This document shows positions 50,532 to 64,000 of a stretch of 64,000 nucleotides of DNA, in pieces. Positions within the stretch are counted from its first letter, which is position 1, and every line of letters begins with the position of its first letter. The notes below the pieces were generated by a model. It worked only from the letters and a program-made list of their open reading frames with translations, was not told where the DNA came from and did not search any database. A program made the translations under genes and the position numbers. The DNA is from Octopus vulgaris (Eukaryota). Where the stretch lies: contig OX597834.1 of assembly GCA_951406725.2 (NCBI GenBank), positions 25,978,001 to 26,042,000 of the forward strand. Reading direction: 5' to 3'.

Positions 50532-50609
50532 GTATGTATGTATGTATATATGTATGTATATGTATATATGTATGTATGTATATATATGTATATATATATA
50601 TGTATTATG

Positions 50610-50640
<31 letters not shown>

Positions 50641-50669
50641 GTATTATGTATATATATATATGTATGTAT

Positions 50670-50710
<41 letters not shown>

Positions 50711-50828
50711 TGTATGTATATATGTATATATATGTATGTATGTATGTATATATATGTATGTATGTACATATATGTATGTATGTACATATATGTATGTATG
50801 TATATATATGCATGTATATATATGTATG

Positions 50829-50860
<32 letters not shown>

Positions 50861-50864
50861 TATG

Positions 50865-50906
<42 letters not shown>
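50400..50906. repeat. (TA)n/(TATG)n microsatellite
   Basis: Direct inspection. Confidence 0.97.
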
Positions 50907-50910
<4 letters not shown>

Positions 50911-51571
50911 AAGAGACGAAAACAGACGGCATGGTCACAAGTGGAACGCTTTCGCTCTTATGGCTGTATTAATGTTTAATTCATCACCTGGCTGACCTAG
51001 GGTTAATTTACAAAACGCATTTTGGTGTATAATAGTTTGATAAGACACATAAATGCATCTATATTTACATCTATGCGTGTAATATAATATATATGCATGC
51101 ATGTCCACATTCCCTGTATATGCAGATACGTTATCTACGATGTTTAAATCATGATACACACACACATATATATGTGCTCCTCTAAGATCACGTTTACTTG
51201 AATATGTATATATATGCCTTAATTTAAGTATATATTCTGCATAACGACCAGGATTATACACCGCACATGCACATATCTGTGCTCCCCGACACACACAAAC
51301 ACGCGTATGTATATAATATTAATCTAAAACGATTTTTTCACACCTTTGCATTTCCTCATTGTCAATACAGGTTGTTTGATGAGAATTTAACTACAGGCCT
51401 TTTTTTTTTAATTATTTTTGTTGCTAAACTTAACAAGAGTTGATGGAAACCAAAGAACATCCCATACATACATACGAGTTCAACAATGTATTAATTAGCT
51501 AATTACTTACGGAATAAATTAAATGTCTTAATAGAAATAGACAGATCTACACACATTTACACATACACACG

Positions 51572-51653
<82 letters not shown>

Positions 51654-51750
51654 TAAGTACCAGTTACGCACTGGGTCGATGTAATCGACTTAATCCGTTT
51701 GTCTGTCCTTGTTTGTCCCCTCTGTGTTTAGCTCCTTGTGGGTAGTAAAG

Positions 51751-51800
<50 letters not shown>

Positions 51801-52433
51801 GAGCTGTCGAAGGATTCGTGATCTCAAAGATTGCTAGAAATGATAGCCAAATCTCTTTTACAATATTATATGAGGACCGGACACATTACGTAATGTAGTC
51901 CTTGGACCCTTTAAAAAGACGGGTTGTTTGATCAATCGATTAGAGTTGATACATTCGTGCGAATGGTGCTAAGCAACAACTGTAATCGAGAAAGGGAGAG
52001 AGAGAGTTGGTCTTGCTTTTTTTTCATATTAAAATAACCAGCATTTATTGTGTTGCTTCATGCAAAGCTTACGTATTTTTACAAATAAATAGAGACATTA
52101 AACACTAAAATGGAAGAAGAATAAAGAAGTGAGGTAGTTGAACCGGTAGATCATCAGACTTAAATAGCCTTCGCTATTGGCTAAGTTCATGGTTCTTAAG
52201 TTCAAATCCCAACGACGTCAGCTGTGCCTTTCATCATTCTGGTGTCGATAAAATAAACTATCATTCAAAATGTAGCAGTGAGGATCGATTCCTATCAGGC
52301 GTCCTAGATCTGAACACGGAATTGTAAGAGAATGGTAAATGAAATTAATTATATTTCAATTGCAGATTTTTTAATATATAAATATATCTATCGTTCTTAA
52401 TTTTAACCGTTAGATTAGTTCTTATTCAATGTA

Positions 52434-52492
<59 letters not shown>

Positions 52493-52619
52493 AACAAACA
52501 ATTTGACATTAGACTAAAGGATTGCTCAATTATTTTTGTAGAGTACATGTTATACTTTTATAAGAAGAGTTGTAACGATGATTTCGACCTTTCGGCCTTC
52601 CTTGGACTATATTTAATAT

Positions 52620-52671
<52 letters not shown>

Positions 52672-52813
52672 GAAATGAGGTACTCAGAAAATCGGATGCT
52701 TTATATTTACAGATATTTATTTGTATATTACATTTTTTATATATCATATAACTTAGATCATGTATTAGGGCTTTCTCTCATTCTAGTGGGGTTTTCAAAT
52801 CAAACTAAGTTCA

Positions 52814-52869
<56 letters not shown>

Positions 52870-53696
52870 AGTCCAGTAATTGTGTATTAGCATTTCTTAC
52901 TCCGTTTCAATTGATAGCAGATCGATAACTCACATATATATATGCATAAAAAATAGCTTATTCATCGCTATTTATTTATTTAGTGGAATGCCTGTCTACT
53001 TATCTTGGTCGCCGACTAAAATGCTTTGGGGCTCACACATACATATATAAATATATATGCGCAATAATGATAATAACGGTTTCACAGTTTGGCACAAGGA
53101 CAGCAGGTTCGGGTGGGGCGGGGTAATTCGATTAAACCGACTTCAGTATTCAGCCAGTACTTATTTTATCAACGCCAAAAGAAAAAAAAGGCAAAGTCGA
53201 CCTCGACGACATTCGAACCCCGACCGTAAAAACAGACGAAATATAATTAAGTATTTTGTCCGGCGTGCTAACGTAGCCAGCTCGCCGCCTTAATAATTAC
53301 CATCGTCATCCTTTCTACTTAAGGCACAAGGCCTGAAATTTTTGGTGAAAGGCCGCTTGTCTATTACATCCACCCCAGTGCTCGACTGGTATTTTATCGA
53401 CTCCGAAAGCATGAAAGCAAAGTCGACCTCGGCAAAAATTGAAGTCAGAACTATGTGGCATCTTGGGTGAGTGTCTTCTACTGTAGCCTCAGACCAACCG
53501 AAGCCTTGTGAGTGGACTTGATAGACGGAAACTGAAAGAAGCCTGTCATATATGTCTGTGTCTATTTGTTTGTCTCCTACCACTGCTTCACAACCGGTGT
53601 TGGTGTGTTTATGCCCCCATAACTTAGCGGTTCAGCAAAAAAGACCCTTAGAATAAGTACTGAGATCGATGAATGGCCTTGGTATAATGATTGAAA

Positions 53697-53946
53697 AGGT
53701 GGCGAGCTGGCAGAATCGTTAGCATGCTGGGCGAAATACATAGCGGTATTTCGTCTGCCGCTACATTCTGAGTTCAAATTCCGCCGATGTCGAATTCCGC
53801 CGAGGTCGACTTTGCCTTTCATCCTTTCGAGGTCGATTAAATAAGTACCAGTTACGCACTGGGGTCGATGTAATCGACTTAATCCGTTTGTCTGTCCTTG
53901 TTTGTCCTCTCTGTGTTTAAGCCCCTTGTGGGTAGTAAAGAAATAG
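53697..53946 (+). mobile_element. SINE family B
   Basis: TSD ggtataatgattgaaa on both sides. Confidence 0.88.
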
Positions 53947-56783
53947 GTATAATGATTGAAACAAGAAAAAATATGATATATATAGAGAGACAGACAGATA
54001 TAAGCTAAAATGCATTGTAGCATCACAAAAGTCTGTCAGTAGTGTCACCTTTCTAGTTTTTGTTCTTTTGTCATAAACATAGCTCACTTGGCTGGTTTTA
54101 TTTATTAATTTTATATAGCACGATGAATAAATGAAAGAGCATATTAAAATGACTGAAGTGTGTTGTTTGTGTTATAAAACTCAACATGTTTTAACCCAAT
54201 TTTTAAAAACTTTTTTCTTCAAATAATGAAACTGTACAAACAAGGCACCTGAACAGTAAGATTGCAAATTTTTACAGAAGGGAAATTATTGTCAAGCTGC
54301 AAGCTATAATGTTACATTCTCCAGTTTTTTTTTTGTTTTTTTTTTATAAAAAAACAGAAATAATGTAGGTGTAGGCATTGCTGCGTGGCTAAAAGTCTCG
54401 CTTTGAAATTGCATGGTTTTGGGTTCAGCTTCACTGTGTGGCATCTTAGGCGAGTGTTTTCTACTATAATCCCAGGCTGACCAAAGCTTTGTGAGTGAAT
54501 CTGATAATTGATGATTTTCCTGCATAGGAAAGTCACCAATTAGTGACTACAATTTGTACTTGCATTGAGAATAATGACAGACTAAGCTTTTGTTGGCCTG
54601 GGTCTGTAATAGAAGACACTTACCAAGGTGCAGTAAATTGGGACTGAACCCAAAACCATGTGATTAGGAAGCAGCCGTGCCTGTACCTATCACAACTCCT
54701 ATTTTTGTCATTAGAGTTCTGTATTCATTGGCAGTCACAGTACCACCATCCTTCATTATGAGCCATGACTATGGTTTTGGAAAGACACTCATGGTTTAGC
54801 TTCTCATTGATGTGTTTATCCCAGATGATGTCTTGGCTGGTGCACAAGGTACAGTCATTTTCCTGCTGTCATGTTGGTTAATTGGAGAAGGTCATGGTAG
54901 AGTTACTCATTGATCACTTTCTGCATCCATCTCTGTGAAGAAGTGAAATATAACATATCAGACAGCAGTACTCTGACTCCAATGAAGAGTCCTTCCCAAA
55001 ATATTCCATTTTCCCTCTTCTTCACAGCACATCAATTTATTCCATTTTTGAACCATCTCTCTAATGGTTTATATCAATGCCTGACAGTGCCAAGGTGAAG
55101 ATCTTTCCCTATTAGATTTTTCATTTTTGATGTTACAAAACTGGTACCCATGCTGGTGACATGTAGAAAGTACCCACTACACTCTTGGAGTGGTTGGTAT
55201 TTGGAAGAGCATCCAGCTGTAGCAACCATGCCAAATCAGACTGGAACCCAGCTTACCAGTTTTTAGTTAAACTGTCCGACCCATGCCAGCTTTGAAAACG
55301 GACATTAAATGATGATAATGATTCAGTTAGAATTATTGAAGTACAGTTACATATAAACAAATATATATATAACCTTGGATGTGGTAGACTTAACCTGTCA
55401 CATAGTTTAATACCACTAGTTGGTACATTGGATGCCTTTAACTGAATCCACTCTGTTGCAAGCATTCAGGCTGGGTTCCTGGTTAGAGGGTACTTTCCCT
55501 CTTGATTAAAAGATGAAAAAATAATTTTTTTTAGGTACAGGCATTGTTATGTGATTACCAAGTTCACTTTGCGACCATGTAGTGTCAGGTTCAGTCTATT
55601 GTGTAGCCCTTGGGCAAATGTCCTGTTATAGCCTTGAGTTGGCCAATACATCATGAGTGAAATTTGATTGATGGAAACCGTACAGAAACCCATTGTGTGT
55701 GTAGCTGTGTGAATGTTTTTGAAAACTATGCTGAGTTATAAACTACTGGCTGTGACATTGCCATTTGTTGTTGGTCTGCAACTGGAGGTGTTTGTTGGCA
55801 TTTTCTGTTGATAAATCATTCATTAGCTCTGTGCTTTCAAGTTCCTTTGGACTGAAAAGCCTTACTTGAAGAACAGATGTGGGTTGGTGACAAGAAGTAA
55901 TTCTGGCTGTAAAAATCCTGTTTCAGTTTTGTCCTGTCCAAGGTATGTTAGCTTGGAACTATAGACGTTGAAATGAAATTATGATTTGTAGTGAGGTGTA
56001 TGTGTGTATACACGTGTGTGTGTGTGTATGCATGTATTTGTTTCTGTGTATCTTTGCATTGACACTGTTTAAGCAGCAATAATATTTATTTATGCCTCAC
56101 AGTCTGGCATTATGACATGGGAAAAAATCAGTGAAATAAAGTAGTTTACTTGGATACAAATAAGGGTTGGAATCAGGAAGGGCATCCAGCCATAGAATAC
56201 AGCTTCAAAATGTCTTGTCCAACTCATGCTGATATCAGAAGAAAACCAGTTGTAAAAATAAGAATGTTATACACACGTGTACCATAAAGTGCATATAACT
56301 GCTGGTTGCGTAATTACTTTTTCAAACCTTGCCGCACACATTTTGTTAAGCATATAAGTCGGTTATGTTACTCATCTCGGTTTACTAACCTGAAAAAGAG
56401 TACCACTCCCCTTTCATAGAAGACTCATGTAGCAATAGCATTCAGTTGTAATAATACTCTACCCTAATGTTAGGAGGCAAGTTTGAAAACCATTCCACCA
56501 CCCAGGATGGTTTAAAAATGGATGTGAAACTAAATAAACAACACATAAAAAGCAGGCTGTCAAACTTTAAATTAACTTATATCATGCTGCTGATGCTTTT
56601 ATTTATTTAATTAATTTATTTATTTACGTACTTTAAATAAATCATCAGCTCCAAAATATCTTAGATTTTCTTATGTCAAGAATTTATTCCAGTCTTCCTC
56701 AAAGTTCTAAAAATATTTTCACATATTCACCAAACAGAAAGTTGATATATAAATGTTTACATACATTTAAACACTCACACACA

Positions 56784-56858
<75 letters not shown>

Positions 56859-57468
56859 CCTCTCCACTGTCTCTCTCCCTCTCATGCGATGGGTCTTTTA
56901 TAAGGTTAATTCATCACTGTAGAAGAGATGTTGTGCCTCTGCTATGCAAATTAGTTTTTAATTTTCAAATACTCTTTAACGCTTCAAAATTTTTCTTTCG
57001 TGAATTCAATTATATTTTCTTCCCTCCATGCATCATGTATAATCAGCTGGTAACATATCTGTTCTTCCCTCTGGATTAAAATCTGCTGCATGTTCCTGTG
57101 CAATCAGCTAATAATATCTTGTCTGCTAGTTATTTACTCTCGAGGCTTAAAGCTAATGTTTCTTGGTTTATGCAATCCTCTGTAGGACAAGATAAAAAGC
57201 TAGAAAAACAAACCGGATGTTTTAATATCTTTTGGATACCATTGCCCTCAGTTTCGTCGCTCTGGAGTATCTTGCATCTCTCTATCAGTGAGAAAGTACA
57301 GAATCTGAATAAGGATAATGTATGTATAGAAGTGCTGATAACTGGTTAAATATAGAATTGACAAGCAACAGAGAAATATTGAAAGGTTCCAAATAGAATA
57401 GACAGATGTAGATCACTTGGGAGAAGCAGAAATGTGAGAGTTTTTTTGTTCTTTAACAAAGACATTAA

Positions 57469-58261
57469 CCCTTTTGATACCAGCTCATCTGAGACTGCTC
57501 TTGGTTCTATAACATAAACTTCTTTTCTTTTTAAAGTGATCTTACTTAAAACCTTCCATTTCATTTCTATATATATAAACGGCAAAATGTCTGTATGTGT
57601 GTCCTTTATACAAATCCACAATTTTTTAGTTAGAGGGTTCGCACTTTCTATGGTCATTCAAAACCGTCCAAGGGTGGTCGTGCACATCTTTACATTTTCC
57701 CAGTCACCCTGCAAAGCCATTAAAAAATCAATAGAAGTGACTTTTTTGTGAATTTTCTATCCAAAACCCAATCAAAATGCCCGAAACTTGATACGCCAAT
57801 TGAATGCCAGCTAGCTGTATGTAATTGGTCGGAGATTTGGACAATACTCGCATGTATGTGCGCACGCAGCTGTATATGCATGCACTAGTACTATGACCCA
57901 GCAACGCCGGGTCATAGTGCTAGTGTTAACTAATGTTCCAAACACTATCTTAATAATATTTCCAAATTTTGACTCAAGGCCAGCAATGCCAGGGGAGGGG
58001 ATAAGTCAGTTACATTGACCCCTGAAACTTTTTTTTTCTTAACCCAGAAGGATGAAAGGCAAAGTTGACCTTGATGGAATTTGAACTCAAAAGATGGACA
58101 AAATGCCACTAAGCATTTTACTTGGCGTGCTAACAATTCTGCCAGCTCCCCACCTTAAACACCAACCTAATAATGACAGTTATTTTATGTTAAAGACTCT
58201 ATTTTCAAAATTAATTGAAACGAAGGCAGTATATTTCAAAAGAAATTTGGTAATGAAATTG
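57469..58261. mobile_element. piggyBac-like MITE family 1 relative carrying a nested Helitron and a degenerate SINE B
   Basis: TTAA-CCCTTT left end, degenerate right end before TTAA at 58262, interior similar to the reverse of 2240-2456. Confidence 0.6.
57564..57923 (+). mobile_element. Non-autonomous Helitron, single-unit sister of 38698-39528
   Basis: Hairpin plus terminal CTAG. The host rejoins as tttcA|Tgttaa, matching uninterrupted atttcatgttaa near 59785. Confidence 0.85.
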
Positions 58262-58869
58262 TTAACAGTATAAAATTGAGATATCTCTGAGTGGGAATTG
58301 AAGCGGGGTCAGAAACTCATTCCAACAGACGTTTACCAGTGCACTTACTCCCTTCTTGAAAGAAAACTCAACAGGAAAGCCAGCTGTATAGATATGGGGT
58401 GGGGTGGGCTGGGGCGGGGAAATGGAGCATCTGTAAGCAAAGGAAGGTGACAAAAACGGTTAAGACATGCGAACGGGGCAGGTATTAGTGTTGCTAGAAA
58501 TATGGTAAGGGCATTATCTATCTCGTATGACTTTTGGGATAATAGTCTTGCCCTATTTTGTTTATACCTGCTGAGTGGTATTAATGTCAGCTGATATAAA
58601 GATAAGATTGATGCCAGGAAGAAAGATAAGGTGAGAGATGGAGTTGGAGAGAGAGAGAGAGAGAGAAGGCAATATATATAAAGCCCCTAATAAAAGTAGG
58701 AATGTCTATTAGATATTTCAAAAATATACTTTTGTAACAATATCCAAAACCGAACTCAAGACTATGATTGATATCACTGTAAGTAATTGCAATTTTAGAA
58801 TATAATATTGTGTGTGATTGGGGTATCTAATTTCTTGAAACCCATATTAGTAATCTGTTGGAAATATAT

Positions 58870-59016
58870 AGGCGCAGGAGTGGCTGTGTGGTAAGTTGCT
58901 AACCAACCACATGGTTCCGGGTTCAGTCCCACTGCGTGGCATCTTCTGCTATAGCCCCGGGCCGACCAATGCCTTGTGAGTGGATTTGGTAGACGGAAAC
59001 TGAAAAGAAGCCCGTC

Positions 59017-59050
<34 letters not shown>

Positions 59051-59260
59051 GTGTGTGTCTGTGTTTATCCCCCTAGCATTGCTTGACAACTGATGCTGGT
59101 GTGTTTATGTCCCCGTTACTTAGCGGTTCGGCAAAAGAGACTGATAGAATAAGTACTGGGCTTACAAAAAGAATAAGTCCCGGGGTCGATTTGCTCGATT
59201 AAAGGCGGTGCTCCAGCATGGCCACAGTCAAATGACTGAAACAAGTAAAAGAGTAAAGAG
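58870..59260 (+). mobile_element. SINE family A
   Basis: Consensus with small deletions. Confidence 0.87.
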
Positions 59261-59496
59261 TTGTGTGACCATCTATCATCGCTGAAGTCAGTTGTGGTTT
59301 TATGAATAGTGAGCGTACTGGTATAGCTGTGTGAAGGCACAGGGGTGTCTGAGTGCTAAGAAGCTTACTTCTCAACCATATAGTTCCAGGTTCAGACCCA
59401 TTGCACGGAACCTTGGGCAAGTGTCTGCTACTATAGCCTCAGGCCAACCATAGCCTTGTGAGTGAATTTGGTAGACGGAAACTAAAATAAGCCAAT

Positions 59497-59658
59497 TGGA
59501 GTGGTTGGCGTTAGGAAGGGCATCCAGCCATAGAAACATTGCCAGATCAGACTGGGCCTGGTGCAGCCTTCTGGCTTCCCAGACCCCAGTTGCACCGTCC
59601 AACCCATGCCAGCATGGAAAGCGGACGCTAAACGATGATGATGATGATGATGATGATG
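59497..59658 (+). mobile_element. RTE LINE 3'UTR fragment
   Basis: Consensus and (TGA)n tail. Confidence 0.8.
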
Positions 59659-59873
59659 TACATGTGTTTGTCTAATGACTGAAACAAAAGCTAAAAGGCT
59701 GCACACATGACAGTTGCAGTTAAGAAGTTTATTTTGCAGCTACCATATTTAATGACATGTTAGATGCAGTGCATACTCATTAAAATTTCATGTTAATTTG
59801 TTCCAAACACCAGCTTAATAATGACAGAATTATTTTACTAAAAAAGCCTATTGTGTGTGTATACATATATATA

Positions 59874-60146
59874 CAGTGGTTAGGGCAGCGGACTCGCGGT
59901 CATAGGATCGCGGTTTCGATTCCCAAACCGGGCGTTGTGAGTGTTTATTGAGCGAAAACACCTAAAAGCTCCACAAGGCTCCGGCAGGGGGTGGTGATCC
60001 CTGCTGTACACTTTCACCACTCTTTCTTCTGTTGGCCTGCTCACTTAGCCAGCGGGGTGGTGTCATTCGAAGGCTAAAACAATGCGAACACATTGTGACC
60101 AGCGATGTGCAACTACATCTGATGGACTGGTCGGTCACGTGATCAC
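59874..60146 (+). mobile_element. SINE family D head with an alternative tail
   Basis: Head nearly identical to 41570-41715, tail like 1083-1203. Confidence 0.8.
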
Positions 60147-61519
60147 ATATATATTTATGTGTGTGTGTATGTATATATCTATGCGTGTTTGTGCCCACCC
60201 CCCCATCAAAGTTTGACAACTAGTGTCAGTGTATTTAGGTCCCTGTAACTTAGCAGTCCAGCAAAAGGGATGATAGAATAAGTACTAGGCTTAAAAAATA
60301 AGTCCTGGGGTCGAATTGTTCGACTAAAAACCATTCAAGGTGGTGCTCCAGCATGGCCGCAGTCAAATGACTGAAACAAGTAAAAGAAATAAAAGAAATG
60401 CTGGGCAAAATGCTTAACAGCATTTCTTCTGGCTTTACATTCTGAGTTCAAATGCTGCTAAGGTCGATTTTTTTCCCTTTCTTTTTTTTTAGGGTCAATT
60501 AGTACCATTTGAGCATCTACCCTAAAATTGCTGGCCTTCTGTTCAAATTAGAAAACAATATTTTTTTTTTTAGTCAGGAGAGAAAGCAGTACCCATCACC
60601 TGTTACAGGGCCTTAAAACTGTTGGAAAGGAAGGAGAATCATCATTATCATCACCATTGTCATTTAACACCTGTTTTCCATTCTGCTAATTGTCAGATGG
60701 TTTGACAAGAACTGGTAAGGCCAAGGATCACACCAGGTTCCCTTGTCTGTTTTGGTTTGGTTTCTACAGCTGGGGGCTCTTCCTAATTTCATCCACTACA
60801 GAGTGTACTGGGTACTTTTTATGTGGCACCAGCACCAGTGCAAACCTGACCCAAATACATGCAACAGAAAGAGTTTGCACCCAAGGTACCAGATAGCAGT
60901 GTAAATTTGAGCAATAGGTTAAGTTGACCAACCATGTAGGCTACGGTGGGATTTGAACTCAGAATGCAAAGATCAAGGCATTCAGCTCAATATTTGTACA
61001 GTTCTGCCAATCCACTGCCTTGAATTGTTTTGTATTTTCTTATTGGTTCCAAAAAGGGGAAAGGCAAAGTTGACCTTGGCAGGATTTGAGTGCAGAGAGT
61101 CAGAACAAATACTGAGAGTTATAATGTCAAAAGTTCTACCAATTCTGCCAATTTGCCTCTGTCTTGTGTAGGAATATGGTGAATCTGCTCTAAGACTGGG
61201 TAATGCTCTTTATGTATTAAATTACCATTTTTTGTCTTTTGGCTTAAACCCCCTTTTTTTTATTTTGGTTTTTTTTTTACATATGAGATTATGGAAAACT
61301 TGATCACATGGTAACTTCAAATTTGAATGTGGGCAAGAGGGTTCCTACCCCCTGTTAAAGAAACCTGATGAACTTGTATATAACACCTGATCAGATTTGT
61401 ATTAGCTTAGTAGGAATGAGAGGGCCTCATGAAATAAGGCTCTCTCATTCCTACATAATTCTATGAAACTGTTTTCTTTTGTAAATCCTTCTAATAATAA
61501 TAATAAAACTTAGATAAAC

Positions 61520-61830
61520 TTAGATATGTTTCGACCAAAGATTGGTCCAGGCCATATCTAACTTAATAGCACCACCTGATAGGATTATCTGAATCCTGTT
61601 TAAGTCAAGTTTTGTTTATGGTCCATTCAAGTAGTGAGTTTTTGTTGGGTGAGTTGTATCCAATTATGGGTGGCTTATCTGGTATTCCTTGACGGAATCT
61701 ATCCAGACTCCGTTTAAAGTTGATGGGATCCTTTTCCTCTTTGATCTCTTTCGAGACAATGTTAAATTGGGCAGGGCCTGTTGAGGAAAAGAAATTATGT
61801 TGCAGTGTACATGTATGCTGTGATCTTGAA
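61520..61830 (-). mobile_element. CR1-group LINE 3' end
   Basis: Minus strand reads ...NFKRSLDRFRQGIPDKPPIIGYNSPNKNSLLEW, followed by a 3' stem-loop and repeated atctaagtt tail. Confidence 0.7.
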
Positions 61831-62197
61831 TAATATCAAATTTTGGTACAAGGCCAGCAAATTTCAGGCAAAGGATAAGCTAATTACATCGACTCCAGTG
61901 ATCAAATGGTAATTATTTTATTAATCTCGAAAGGATATAAGACAAAGTTGGACTCAGCAGAATTTGACCTGAATAATAATAGTAATAATAATAAGGTTAT
62001 TGGTATTCTCTACTAAACCTAAATTATATATTTGTGACTCTGAGTGTGTATCTCTATCTGATTCTATATATGTGCCAGCAGATGGCATCACAGCTGTTAT
62101 AGAAAATATATTTTTCTCTTTTTTTCTTTTCATATTCATCTCTCCATGCTGCTGTGAATTTAATGGTTGTTCAGAACTCTAAAACAAAACAAAGTAA

Positions 62198-62198
<1 letters not shown>

Positions 62199-62230
<32 letters not shown>

Positions 62231-62253
62231 CGCGAGTATATATGTATATATGC

Positions 62254-62290
<37 letters not shown>

Positions 62291-62294
62291 TGTA

Positions 62295-62340
<46 letters not shown>

Positions 62341-62453
62341 TGTATATATATACACATGTATATATATATATATACACACATACACACACATATGTATATA
62401 TATGTATGTATATATATACACATATATATATATATATACACACATACACACAC

Positions 62454-62498
<45 letters not shown>

Positions 62499-62528
62499 CA
62501 TATGTGTGTAATGTGTATATATATATAT
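62199..62528. repeat. Compound (TG)/(TA)/(CA) microsatellite
   Basis: Direct inspection. Similar tracts lie at 15610-15730, 25277-25477 and 43953-44158. Confidence 0.95.
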
Positions 62529-62931
62529 TTTTTTTGAACAGCTGTTTTATGATTTAAATGTCCATTTTTGTGTTTGATACGTTTTCTAAACATGATGTGG
62601 GAGCTAATGTGGGATCCTCTCAGCTGTTTCTTAACTAGCTACAAAATAGTAGCCAAATCACCCTGGGGAGAAACTCTTCATCAAGCATGGCCAACCTTTT
62701 TCAAACGGTAAGCTGTATGAGACACAGTTCATCATCTGGCAGGCCACACAACTAAAAAATTCAAGGTTATTTTTTGTTAAACATGCCATTCAGAAAGTCT
62801 CATGGGCTGCAGTTACCCATGACTGCTCTACTTGATCATTCTATTTGCTAGAAATAGCAGCCAAATCTCTCGTAGTTCATCCTAGTGTTTTTAAAAAAAC
62901 TGGGGCACATTAGGTAATGTGGTCCTTGGTA

Positions 62932-63163
62932 AAGGTGGCGAGCTGGCAGAATCGTTAGCATGCCGGGCGAAATGCGTAGCCGTATTTCGTCTGCCGTTAC
63001 GTTCTGAGTTCAAATTCCACCGAGGTCGACTTTGCCTTTCATCCTTTCGGGGTTGATTAAATAAGTACCAGTTACGCACTGGGGCGATATAATCGACTTA
63101 ATCCGTGTGTCTGTCCTTGTTTGTCCTCTCTGTGTTTAGCCCCTTGTGAGTAGTAAAGAAATA
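62932..63163 (+). mobile_element. SINE family B
   Basis: TSD aatgtggtccttggta. Confidence 0.88.
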
Positions 63164-63785
63164 AAAATGTGGTCCTTGGTATCCTACACCCAGGAAGAAG
63201 ACAAGAGCTTTGTGCCTAGAGTAGAAAAAAAAAATTCCATTTTCATAATTAATTAATTATTATAAGAAATTGCACATACACTTTAACAAGATCGTAAGTG
63301 GACCCGAGTTGAGAACCAGTGGGTTTAGAGTGTGCAAGAAGAGGTGGAGGGCTGTGCAAGTTCTTGTAGTAGAGCTGCATAGTTACTCACATTTAGTAGG
63401 GGACAGAGTGATCAGTAGGTGTTTGAAAGAGAGATAGATGAGGTATCCAGGTGGCCCCCTCAAGACACGAGGTAAGTAGAAGTTACAAATTAAGGCTGTT
63501 AAGGTCCACAAGCATAGAGAAACAATACCTCAAAATCATTTATTTCATGCCAAAGAATTGGATTGATCTGCAATAGTTTGTCTTTCAATATTTGACTTGT
63601 AAGAACCTGTACCATTTCTAAGACTAAAATTTTAACATAAACTATGTATTTTAATCCTTACCAGGAGTGGGGATTAGGAAATTCTCAGAATTGTATTTGC
63701 TTCTTGTCTTTAAAAATTTAGTTTCTTTCCTAATATAAATATTTTGATTTCTTTGATAACCTTAGAACTTTATTTTCCTTTCCAG

Positions 63786-63852
63786 ATTTAATTTTCATTT
63801 ACTGAAGAAGTTGGGATCTTAAAGACCTATGCTGGCTGATAATGAGTGAAGC
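63786..63852 (+). other. Candidate plus-strand exon, possibly 5'UTR plus ATG AGT GAA GC
   Basis: Polypyrimidine acceptor ttttcctttccAG ending 63785, donor GTAAGA at 63853, ATG at 63842. Confidence 0.3.
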
Positions 63853-64000
63853 GTAAGATTACTTTTATATTTTGGATTTTAACCCCTTACCCGACAGAAA
63901 CGAATACATGCATTTTGACCGAAATCGTTTTTTTCTATCTCTGGCGAGTTAACTCGTCAAAAGATAGACTCGCCAAAATCGACAGCAAACGAGTTCCTTC

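Noticed and set aside
50375-50995. Long ORFs rich in YI/CV/HT (also at 15.5, 25.1, 43.9 and 62.2 kb)
   Set aside because: Translations of dinucleotide and tetranucleotide microsatellites
52575-52612. Additional hammerhead-like remnant (GGCC-GAAA-GGTC-GAAA on the minus strand)
   Set aside because: The CUGANGA core is too degenerate to call

Overview
Eukaryotic, AT-rich, repeat-dense animal DNA. The SINE/LINE families and microsatellite load point to a coleoid cephalopod, most likely Octopus (inference). The only well-supported gene is a minus-strand DEAH-box RNA helicase best matching DHX33. It has 13 GT-AG coding exons between 40021 and 13768 (about 460 codons, motifs I-VI plus the start of HA2), and its 3' exons lie left of the window. 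The first coding exon carries an apparent 1-nt deletion. A candidate promoter and first exon lie at about 46.5-46.7 kb, and there are weak signs of a divergent plus-strand gene. The rest is mobile DNA: tRNA-derived SINEs, RTE and CR1-type LINE fragments, piggyBac/hAT/Merlin/Mutator-like MITEs, non-autonomous Helitrons, Penelope-like fragments with hammerhead-like motifs, and micro/minisatellites. Most supplied ORFs are artefacts of these repeats. Repeat boundaries are approximate. All family names come from recognition by eye, not from database searches.
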